DNA of 32,000 bases from positions 660,001-692,000 of the forward strand of contig CAKUSQ010000001.1 of the NCBI GenBank assembly GCA_934691225.1, read 5' to 3'. Below are positions 1-6,447 of the stretch, piece by piece. The notes beneath the pieces were generated by a model. The model did no database searches, was not told the origin of the DNA, and was given only the letters and a program-made list of their open reading frames with translations. Every line of letters starts with the position of its first letter. The first letter of the stretch is position 1. Source of the stretch: an uncultured Opitutales bacterium (lineage in GTDB: Bacteria > Verrucomicrobiota > Verrucomicrobiia > Opitutales > UBA9783). Made by a program: the position numbers and the translations under genes.

Positions 1-227
1 CAATGCATATGTCAATGAAGGTTATTCAAGCACAAAATAGGTATAAAGAGTTTGAAATTGAAAATTTGGCCTATAACAAAATGCAAGAAAAAGCTGAAAA
101 AGATACTGAAATGAAAAAATACTTAAATGAAGGTATCGGGAGTATGGATAATGATATAATAGAACGTCGTTCTCGTATAATACAGGAGGAACGTAACCAA
201 GAATTACGGCGTACTCAGCAAGAATAG
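1..227 (+). CDS. 3' end of a hypothetical protein with a charged, coiled-coil-like tail. The ORF may continue left of the window.
   Basis: Frame-3 ORF is open from nt 3 to the TAG at 225-227. The tail is K/E/R/Q-rich (IIERRSRIIQEERNQELRRTQQE). No family motif was recognised. It lies 47 nt upstream of a T3SS-chaperone-like gene. Confidence 0.4.
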   Translation, partial: MHMSMKVIQAQNRYKEFEIENLAYNKMQEKAEKDTEMKKYLNEGIGSMDNDIIERRSRIIQEERNQELRRTQQE

Positions 228-274
228 ATTTAAATTGAAATAACATCTAAAAAAACCTTTTATTATTTTATATT

Positions 275-733
275 ATGATTGAATTTTCAAATTACCTTTT
301 AAATTATGGTAAAGAAATTGGACTTCCGGATTTGAATTTTAATGAAAAAGGTATTTGTTCGTTGAGTTTCGATTCAAAAATAAATATAGACATTGTTTAT
401 CGTAAGGAACAAGATCAATGCATTTTTGCGGCTCCTATAGGAGATGTGCTCGCAAGTGGGCAAGAGAATTTTTTTAAGCGATTGCTAATTGCAAATGCAT
501 TTGGAATAGAAAATGCAGGTGCTATTATTGGTATCGATGAAGAAAAAAATAGTGTAGTTTTGAGTTACACATTTATTGCAAGTACATTTTCATTTGATTT
601 ATTTAAGGTGGTTTTGAATAACTTTGTCAATATGGTAGAAGAATGGCAGGATAAACTAGTCAGTATTGAATCTGAAGAGAGCTCTTCAGGTGCTGGCAGT
701 GCACCACAACCTTTTGAATACATGTGTGTTTGA
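275..733 (+). CDS. Type III secretion chaperone, CesT/Tir-chaperone-like (class I)
   Basis: 152 aa, small and acidic. The layout matches chlamydial Scc1/Slc1-type chaperones: N-terminal helix (FSNYLLNYGKEIGL), then 'ICSLSFDSKINIDIVY...QCIFAAPIG' beta strands, then 'FFKRLLIANAFG' and 'NSVVLSYTF'. An acidic, Ser-rich tail follows. Confidence 0.7.
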   Translation: MIEFSNYLLNYGKEIGLPDLNFNEKGICSLSFDSKINIDIVYRKEQDQCIFAAPIGDVLASGQENFFKRLLIANAFGIENAGAIIGIDEEKNSVVLSYTFIASTFSFDLFKVVLNNFVNMVEEWQDKLVSIESEESSSGAGSAPQPFEYMCV

Positions 734-774
734 GGTAAAATTGAAAATTCTAAAAATATAAAAAATAAGTCTGT

Positions 775-800
775 TCTCCTGTATTTGCAGGAGATCTTTT
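775..800. terminator. Bidirectional rho-independent terminator between the convergent chaperone gene and uhpC
   Basis: Perfect 7-bp stem TCTCCTG (775-781) / CAGGAGA (788-794) with a 6-nt loop. TCTTTT follows on the + strand and a T-run follows a few nt downstream on the - strand. Confidence 0.5.
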
Positions 801-2148
801 ATTTGGTAGGATGTTTTTTGTTACATAAAGTAAGCGCAAAAAATGTTCCACCAATGAAAGAAGAAACCACAAACGTTAGGAAAACGGAATTCCAACCCCA
901 ATGTTTGGCTAACACTGCGAGTCCGATACCGCTTACAGATGAAGCTAAATAACCTACTGTACCGGTTAATCCAGCAGCAGCGGCAGCAGCTTTTTTAGAA
1001 CCAAATTCAGCACCCGACAAACCTCCTAAAGTCTGAGGACCATAGACGAGGAATCCGACGCAAGCCCAAAAGAAGTAATCTACCACAGGTCTTTTGAATA
1101 TGGAAAGCCATAGTGGATCTTGAACGAGTGTGTTGAGCATCCAATATAGTGCAATAACAATTCCAAGAATAATCATCATGTAAGCGCCACAAATACCGCG
1201 ACGTTTAGGCATGAATTTATCTGTGAACCAACCTACAAAGAGACCACCCACTAATCCACCTGCTTCGATGCCAGCAACTTTGCACCCGGCTTCCATAATC
1301 GTGCATTTTTGTGTCTGAATGATGAGAACGGGTCCCCAGCAGGCTAATCCATTACGAACAAAGTAGACAAAAAAGTTAGCAATACAAACCATCCATAGAC
1401 GGTAGTTAAACAGTATGTGTTCCTTAAATACCTGTTTAAAAGATTCTTTAGGTTGGTCAGGTGTAAGAACATCTTTTTGTTCTTGCATAAGGCCTTCATG
1501 TACTTCTAAAGAAGGGAGTCCAATGGATTCAGGCGTATCTCGTAAACGTTCCCAAAGCCACAGTGATAGGACAAGGCAAATGCAAGAAGGGACAATAAAG
1601 AGATAACGCCAGCTATAATGTTCCAGGAGCCATGCTCCTCCAATAATAATAGCAATAGACCCGATTTGGTGTGAACTGTTTACGATTCCCCAGCGTGTTC
1701 CAATTTGTCTTGGTCCAAACCATTGGGTAAGTGTTCGTGATACAGAAGGCCAGCCCATCGATTGAAATCCGGCGCTAATGGCGTAAAGCAATCCAAATAA
1801 TACTACAGAGTTAGTGCAACCGGCAACGAAACTGCAAATGGACGCACAGGCTAATCCTGCAGGCATAAAAAAACGAGAACTGGATCGGTCACAAGCAGCT
1901 CCTGTTATGAATTTAAAGATACCATAGATGATAGAGAAAGCTGAAAAAGCCCAACCAATAGCTTCCATGCTGAAAGGACATTTGTCGGATGTTCGGATAA
2001 TGGTAAAATTTTGGCGGACAATGTAATAAGCAGCGTATCCTACAATTAGTGTATAAGTTAAACGTAAGCGCCAATAGTTATAACGAAGGCGTACGGATTT
2101 TGCTGTTTCGTAAGCACTTGTGTTTGTTTCTACGGTACTTTGTGACAT
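799..2148 (-). CDS. uhpC: MFS organophosphate:Pi antiporter, hexose-phosphate transporter UhpC-like
   Basis: 449 aa with about 12 predicted TM segments. It carries the MFS loop motif GAACDRSSSRFF (G-x-x-x-D-R-x-x-x-R) and the UhpC/GlpT-like N-terminus RLRYNYWRLRLTYTLIVGYAAYYIVRQNF. Confidence 0.85.
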   Translation of the reverse strand: MSQSTVETNTSAYETAKSVRLRYNYWRLRLTYTLIVGYAAYYIVRQNFTIIRTSDKCPFSMEAIGWAFSAFSIIYGIFKFITGAACDRSSSRFFMPAGLACASICSFVAGCTNSVVLFGLLYAISAGFQSMGWPSVSRTLTQWFGPRQIGTRWGIVNSSHQIGSIAIIIGGAWLLEHYSWRYLFIVPSCICLVLSLWLWERLRDTPESIGLPSLEVHEGLMQEQKDVLTPDQPKESFKQVFKEHILFNYRLWMVCIANFFVYFVRNGLACWGPVLIIQTQKCTIMEAGCKVAGIEAGGLVGGLFVGWFTDKFMPKRRGICGAYMMIILGIVIALYWMLNTLVQDPLWLSIFKRPVVDYFFWACVGFLVYGPQTLGGLSGAEFGSKKAAAAAAGLTGTVGYLASSVSGIGLAVLAKHWGWNSVFLTFVVSSFIGGTFFALTLCNKKHPTK

Positions 2149-2221
2149 CTCTTTTCCTCTTAAACTTAAAATTTTAATTTACGCCCATTATGATGTTTTT
2201 ATATGTTTTGCCAACCTTTTT

Positions 2222-3034
2222 TTACTCAAAAGTGAAATTGAGAAAGGTATGTGGAAAAAACATGTAAATTATTGCAGCGATAGTTAAAAATGGTCCAAAA
2301 GGAATACATTTATTTTTTAATGATACGTAATTTTTAGAAACTATTTTTTTGTATAAGCCGTAAAGTATCAATAAAAATGATCCTAAAATAGCTCCAAAAA
2401 ATAAACTGAACATGCAACCTTCCAGGCCTAAGAAAGCACCGATACAACCAATTAATTTTACATCACCAAGGCCCATAGCTTCTTTTTTTAAAAAAAATTC
2501 AGCAAAACAAATAAAGCAAAATAAACCACCCATCCCTAAACAAGTGCATTTAATACTTTCTAACATTCCTGTGAATGCATTTGTTTGGTGATGCATTTGA
2601 GGGAAAAAATAGCTAATCAATACACCAGTTGTAATTCCTAACAGTGAAATTTCATCTGGAATAAGCAAGGTATTAAGGTCGGTAAAAAATGCAACCCATA
2701 AAAAACAAAACAAAAGAAAATGTGGAAGTGCCAATTGTTTAAAGTATAAATAAATAGTTATAGCACCTATACCGACCCCAATTTCAGATAGGAAATACCG
2801 AAAAGGTATAGTATTTTGGCAGCATTTGGTTTGCCCTTTAAGGTACAGCCAACTTAACAAAGGAATATTTAGGTACCAAGGAATAGGTTTTTGGCAGTAA
2901 GGACAGTGTGAACCTGGATGTACAATGGATTCACCTTTAGGTAATCGATCAATACAAACATTGAGAAAGCTTCCTAAACATATTCCAAATATAAATACAA
3001 TAATTATTTGGATACTGATCGGTAATTGCACCAT
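2222..3034 (-). CDS. Prepilin (type IV / T2SS pseudopilin) leader peptidase, peptidase family A24
   Basis: 270 aa polytopic membrane protein. It has the N-terminal Cys cluster HCPYCQKPIPWYLNIPLLSWLYLKGQTKCC. Both catalytic Asp motifs are present: FFTDLNTLLIPDE and MGLGDVKLIG. Confidence 0.85.
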   Translation of the reverse strand: MVQLPISIQIIIVFIFGICLGSFLNVCIDRLPKGESIVHPGSHCPYCQKPIPWYLNIPLLSWLYLKGQTKCCQNTIPFRYFLSEIGVGIGAITIYLYFKQLALPHFLLFCFLWVAFFTDLNTLLIPDEISLLGITTGVLISYFFPQMHHQTNAFTGMLESIKCTCLGMGGLFCFICFAEFFLKKEAMGLGDVKLIGCIGAFLGLEGCMFSLFFGAILGSFLLILYGLYKKIVSKNYVSLKNKCIPFGPFLTIAAIIYMFFPHTFLNFTFE

Positions 3035-3145
3035 GCCTATTATTTTTTAATAATTAAGGGTGAATAGCAAGCAAAAAGTATTTGTGTAAGCAGCTATTTG
3101 TGCAGTTTGTCTTGACAGTACGAATCTATGTGACATTTTGAGCCT

Positions 3146-3484
3146 ATGCATTACACACCTATCTTTTTATTGTTTATTTCAAATATTTTTATGACATTTG
3201 CTTGGTATGGTCACCTTAAATTTAAATCAGCATCGCTTTGGGTTATCATTTTAGTAAGTTGGGGAATTGCATTTTTTGAATATTGTTTTCAGGTACCTGC
3301 AAATCGTATAGGGCACACTTATTTTTCAGCGGCACAGTTAAAGGTAATGCAGGAAGTGATTACATTATTGGTATTTTCTTTGTTTTCTGTTTTTTATTTG
3401 AAAGAGAAGTTTAAATGGAATTATGGGGTTGGTTTTGTATGCATCTTGTTGGCGGTTTTCTTTGTGTTTAAAAAGTGGGATTGA
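3146..3484 (+). CDS. Small DMT-superfamily membrane protein (DUF486 family)
   Basis: 112 aa with 4 TM segments. The signature SNIFMTFAWYGHLKF ... WGIAFFEYCFQVPANRIGH ... AQLKVMQEVITL matches the conserved DUF486/DMT family as I remember it. Confidence 0.7.
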   Translation: MHYTPIFLLFISNIFMTFAWYGHLKFKSASLWVIILVSWGIAFFEYCFQVPANRIGHTYFSAAQLKVMQEVITLLVFSLFSVFYLKEKFKWNYGVGFVCILLAVFFVFKKWD

Positions 3485-3562
3485 TAAGCGGCGACAAATT
3501 TGATTTTCTTTTTAAAAAACATTGACATGGGTTGGTATTTTTTTTCTTATAAAATCACCGAT

Positions 3563-3638
3563 GGGGTTGTAGCTCAGTTGGAAGAGCATCACAATGGCAT
3601 TGTGGGGGTCGTCGGTTCGAACCCGATCAACTCCACCA
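3563..3638 (+). tRNA. tRNA-Ala, anticodon GGC, with genomically encoded 3' CCA
   Basis: Cloverleaf folded by hand. Acceptor stem is GGGGTTG/CAACTCC and includes the Ala identity pair G3:U70. D arm is GCTC/GAGC. Anticodon stem is TCACA/TGTGG with loop AT-GGC-AT. T arm is GTCGG-TTCGAAC-CCGAT, discriminator A, CCA at 3636-3638. Confidence 0.95.
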
Positions 3639-3661
3639 TTGATTTTTTATTTTGAACCTAC

Positions 3662-3747
3662 GCTGAAGTGGTGAAATGGCAGACACGCATGATTCAGGTT
3701 CATGTGCTCATTGGGGCATGGGGGTTCAAGTCCCCCTTTCAGCACCA
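3662..3747 (+). tRNA. tRNA-Leu, anticodon CAG, class II long variable arm, with encoded 3' CCA
   Basis: Acceptor stem is GCTGAAG/TTTCAGC. Anticodon stem is CATGA/TCATG with loop TT-CAG-GT. A long variable arm (TGCTCATTGGGGCAT) is present. T arm is GGGGG-TTCAAGT-CCCCC, discriminator A, CCA at 3745-3747. Confidence 0.95.
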
Positions 3748-3809
3748 AAGTGTTCGTTAATAATTCTTGACTTATTGCTTTTTTATCTAAAGGATATTTA
3801 TATTTATCC

Positions 3810-4100
3810 ATGGAAGAATCTATAGAAATAGAAGGAACTGTTGTTGCCGTTTTACCGGGTACGTCGTTTCGAGTACGTCTTGATAATAATCATGAGTTGC
3901 TAGCTCATATCTCTGGACGTTTACGTAAAAATTTTATAAAAATAGGCGTAGGAGATCGTGTAAAAATGGAAATGAGTCCTTACGATTTAAATCAAGCTCG
4001 TATTTGTTATCGTTTAAAGCAAACGGTAGTTCAATCGCAACCACCTAAACGTAGTTTTGGACCGCGTCGTAACACTTCTTCAGCTTCTCGAAAAATCTAA
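3810..4100 (+). CDS. infA: Translation initiation factor IF-1 with an unusual ~24-aa basic C-terminal extension
   Basis: Residues 1-72 ([66 protein letters not shown]) match the S1-like IF-1 fold along its length. The tail [26 protein letters not shown] is extra. Confidence 0.9.
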   Translation: MEESIEIEGTVVAVLPGTSFRVRLDNNHELLAHISGRLRKNFIKIGVGDRVKMEMSPYDLNQARICYRLKQTVVQSQPPKRSFGPRRNTSSASRKI

Positions 4101-4120
4101 GTTTAGAGTGTATGTTAGGT

Positions 4121-4140
4121 AAAACACACAAATGTGTTTT
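4121..4140. terminator. Possible bidirectional terminator hairpin between convergent infA and the nucleotidyltransferase gene
   Basis: AAAACACA (4121-4128), loop CAAA, TGTGTTTT (4133-4140). The stem is A/T-rich and therefore weak, with the U-run embedded in the stem. Confidence 0.35.
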
Positions 4141-4163
4141 AGTTACAATAATTTTAATAGCGA

Positions 4164-4895
4164 CTAGATATCAATATCCCAATGTATTTCTTTTAAAAAA
4201 TCCTTACATAAGGGGTTGAATGGTGAGTGCTGCAAGCAGCGTTGCGTATGTTTTATATGAGAATAACTTAGTGATGTAGGCGACATTTGACGAGCAAAGC
4301 AAATCAGCTCATACGTGGGAGAAAATCCAAAGCGTGCAATAAATTGAACAGCACGAAGGATACGATAAGCATCTTCCATAAAATGGGGAGAGATAGGACG
4401 CAAAACTTTCTTTAAAAGATCATGATAACCTTTATAGGGATCAAAAAACTCTGAAGATAATGGGTCAAATCCCATTGCATTGATAGTAAAGTCGCGGCGT
4501 TTTGCCGCAAGTCTAAAATCGAGGTCTGGGCATAATGTTATTTGAAAATCATTGTATTTTTGACCGGTACATACTTCTTGTCTAGGCAAGGAAATATCTA
4601 TATTGTTTTGTAGTTTTAAAACACCAAATTTAGGGTATTGTGCAACGATTTTGTCTTTAAATAGATTTTGTAACTGTTTGTAATTCAAATGGTATACTTC
4701 CAAATCAATATCAGGATTTTCAGAGATATTTAGTTGTGTATCACGTACCCAACCTCCTACAATTAATGCCTTACCACCTAGATGTTTTATTTGTTGACAA
4801 AGTGCAATAATGGTTGAATTGGGTAGAGATTTAATTTGAAAATTCACAGGATTTAAGCACCACAGCCGTAGAAATAATCTTCTAGCATTAAACAC
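4164..4895 (-). CDS. tRNA nucleotidyltransferase / poly(A) polymerase family protein (class II), unusually short with head and neck only
   Basis: Motif A is GGKALIVGGWVRD...DIDLEV, motif B is RRDFTINAM and motif D is EDAYRILRAVQFIARFGF. The ORF is only 243 aa, whereas bacterial CCA-adding enzymes are usually about 400 aa. The ATG at 4895 overlaps gmhA by 43 nt. An in-frame GTG at 4845-4847, 5 nt after the gmhA stop, is a plausible alternative start. Confidence 0.75.
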   Translation of the reverse strand: MFNARRLFLRLWCLNPVNFQIKSLPNSTIIALCQQIKHLGGKALIVGGWVRDTQLNISENPDIDLEVYHLNYKQLQNLFKDKIVAQYPKFGVLKLQNNIDISLPRQEVCTGQKYNDFQITLCPDLDFRLAAKRRDFTINAMGFDPLSSEFFDPYKGYHDLLKKVLRPISPHFMEDAYRILRAVQFIARFGFSPTYELICFARQMSPTSLSYSHIKHTQRCLQHSPFNPLCKDFLKEIHWDIDI

Positions 4896-5470
4896 AGAGT
4901 ATGATAAATAGGCAAATGAAGTTCTTGGATTTTGAAGGTTACAACTTCAGGAACACAGATGCAAACATCGCACAAATTTTTTAATTCTCCTCCATCGTGA
5001 CCAGACAAACCTAAAACACTTATGTTTAAATCACGCGCTGTTTTAGCAGCATTGAGGATATTTTTTGAATTACCTGAGGTGCTGATAACTAACAAACAAT
5101 CTTGAGGTTGTCCTAAAGCATATGTTAATTGCGCGAAGCACCATTCAGGTTCACAGTCGTTACTGAAAGCAGAAAGGAATCCATGGAAATTCGCTAGTGG
5201 GATGGCGGGAAGTGCGTGCTGCAAATGACTTGAAATGGTCGGATGTACATGGCTAGTTGTTAGGTCTTTTTTGATGAAAAAAGCTTTTAAAAGTTCTCCT
5301 GAAATGTGGTCGGCATCTGAAGCACTTCCTCCATTGCCTGCAATAAGCAGCTTATGCTTTGATGAAAATGTTTTACATAAAAGATCAAAACTAGCCAAAA
5401 TTGAATCTTTACAGAAATCAAGTTGAGGATAACGTTGCAATAAATCTGTAAAAATACGGTTATTTTGCAT
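4853..5470 (-). CDS. gmhA: SIS-domain phosphoheptose isomerase (D-sedoheptulose-7-phosphate isomerase GmhA/DiaA family)
   Basis: 205 aa. Motifs are IAGNGGSASDADHISGELL, VISTSGNSKNILNAAKTAR, LSGHDGGEL and IQELHLPIYHTLC, which are typical GmhA blocks. Confidence 0.8.
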   Translation of the reverse strand: MQNNRIFTDLLQRYPQLDFCKDSILASFDLLCKTFSSKHKLLIAGNGGSASDADHISGELLKAFFIKKDLTTSHVHPTISSHLQHALPAIPLANFHGFLSAFSNDCEPEWCFAQLTYALGQPQDCLLVISTSGNSKNILNAAKTARDLNISVLGLSGHDGGELKNLCDVCICVPEVVTFKIQELHLPIYHTLCLMLEDYFYGCGA

Positions 5471-5780
5471 GAGTATTTATTTTTTCAATAAGGTCTTGCT
5501 CTGAGATAGTTCCCACATGTGATTCTACACATAGGCCATGTTTAAAAAATAAAAGAGTTGGAATGCTACGAACCTGATATTTTTGAACAAAATTCTGAGA
5601 ATCTTCATCCTCTATGCTCATTTTACCAATAAGAACATTTTGTTCTTGAGCTACTTTGTCAAGCGTGGGCGCTAAAGCTCTACAAGGGCCACACCAAGGA
5701 GCCCAAAAATCTACGATAGCCAAGGGAGCTTGTATAAAATTTTCAAAATTATCTTTGGTTAATAAGGTAACATTTCCCAT
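5460..5780 (-). CDS. trxA: Thioredoxin
   Basis: 106 aa with the active site WAPWCGPCRALAP and the cis-Pro region RSIPTLLFFKHG. Confidence 0.92.
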   Translation of the reverse strand: MGNVTLLTKDNFENFIQAPLAIVDFWAPWCGPCRALAPTLDKVAQEQNVLIGKMSIEDEDSQNFVQKYQVRSIPTLLFFKHGLCVESHVGTISEQDLIEKINTHAK

Positions 5781-5791
5781 GATTGTAAAAT

Positions 5792-5968
5792 TTAAGCATT
5801 GTTTTCTTCAGATTCAACATCGTCTACAGGTTCTTCGTTGATACATGTATCATCTGGGCATACAGAATCGCTTAATTTAATAGTTTCAACTGCATTTTCA
5901 GTAATTTCATCTGCATGTATGAATGCATTAAAATTTAGCAACATAGAAGCGAATATTATAGCTTTCAT
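5792..5968 (-). CDS. Small (58 aa) putative secreted acidic protein, below the length cutoff of the ORF track
   Basis: Hand translation of the - strand gives MKAIIFASMLLNFNAFIHADEITENAVETIKLSDSVCPDDTCINEEPVDDVESEENNA*. It has a signal-peptide-like N-terminus, two Cys and an acidic tail. It exactly fills the trxA-rpiB gap on the same strand as both neighbours. Confidence 0.4.
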   Translation of the reverse strand: MKAIIFASMLLNFNAFIHADEITENAVETIKLSDSVCPDDTCINEEPVDDVESEENNA

Positions 5969-5997
5969 AATTAATATTTGTAAGAATATTGAAAAAA

Positions 5998-6447
5998 TTA
6001 ATCAACAAAATTTTTTGATTCAAAATCCAAAATTTCTTGTCGTCGCCGTATATGTCGTTCAGCTGTATCTATCGAGGTGGTTAAAAATACATGCAATAAT
6101 TGGAAAGCGACAGATGCCTCTAAGGTGCCTGGTAAACACAGTAAATTTATACCATTATGCTGTCGTGCTTGTTTGACTCCTTGAAGCGAGGTGATAGGTG
6201 CTGCATAAATGCCTTTGAATTTATTGGCCGTGATGGCCATACCAATACCCGATGTGCAAATAAGTAACCCTCGATGTTCTTTATCAGATTGTACCTTTAA
6301 AGCTACTTTTTGAGCTATAATTGGGTAATCGCATGCCATTGTTGATGTGGTTCCTAAATCTTGGAATTTAATATCTGTTTTTTTCAAAGCAGTTATTAAA
6401 TCTGTTTTCAGTGAAAATCCACCGTGATCTGATCCTATGTAAAGCAT
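5998..6447 (-). CDS. rpiB: Ribose-5-phosphate isomerase B (RpiB/LacA/LacB family)
   Basis: 149 aa. Motifs are IGSDHGGFSLK, CDYP, GLLICTSGIGMAITANKFKGIYAA and ERHIRR. Confidence 0.9.
   Translation of the reverse strand: MLYIGSDHGGFSLKTDLITALKKTDIKFQDLGTTSTMACDYPIIAQKVALKVQSDKEHRGLLICTSGIGMAITANKFKGIYAAPITSLQGVKQARQHNGINLLCLPGTLEASVAFQLLHVFLTTSIDTAERHIRRRQEILDFESKNFVD

Noticed and set aside
1007-1606. Track ORFs 1007-1192 (-) and 1415-1606 (+) inside uhpC
   Set aside because: They are alternative-frame or antisense ORFs wholly inside a well-supported 449-aa MFS gene. Their composition is low-complexity and they carry no motifs.
3112-3146. TTGACA at 3112-3117 upstream of the DUF486 gene
   Set aside because: No acceptable -10 hexamer occurs at 16-19 nt spacing.
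3522-3555. TTGACA (3522-3527) and TAAAAT (3550-3555) upstream of tRNA-Ala as a sigma-70-type promoter
   Set aside because: Both hexamers are good and the -10 element is well placed for a start near 3562. The spacer is 22 nt, or 20 nt to TATAAA at 3548, which is outside the canonical 16-18 nt. It is not reported as a feature.
5235-6176. Track ORFs 5235-5426 (+), 5656-5841 (+) and 5799-6176 (+)
   Set aside because: They are antisense to gmhA, trxA and rpiB, all of which have strong motif support. The + strand translations are Ser/Leu-rich with no features.
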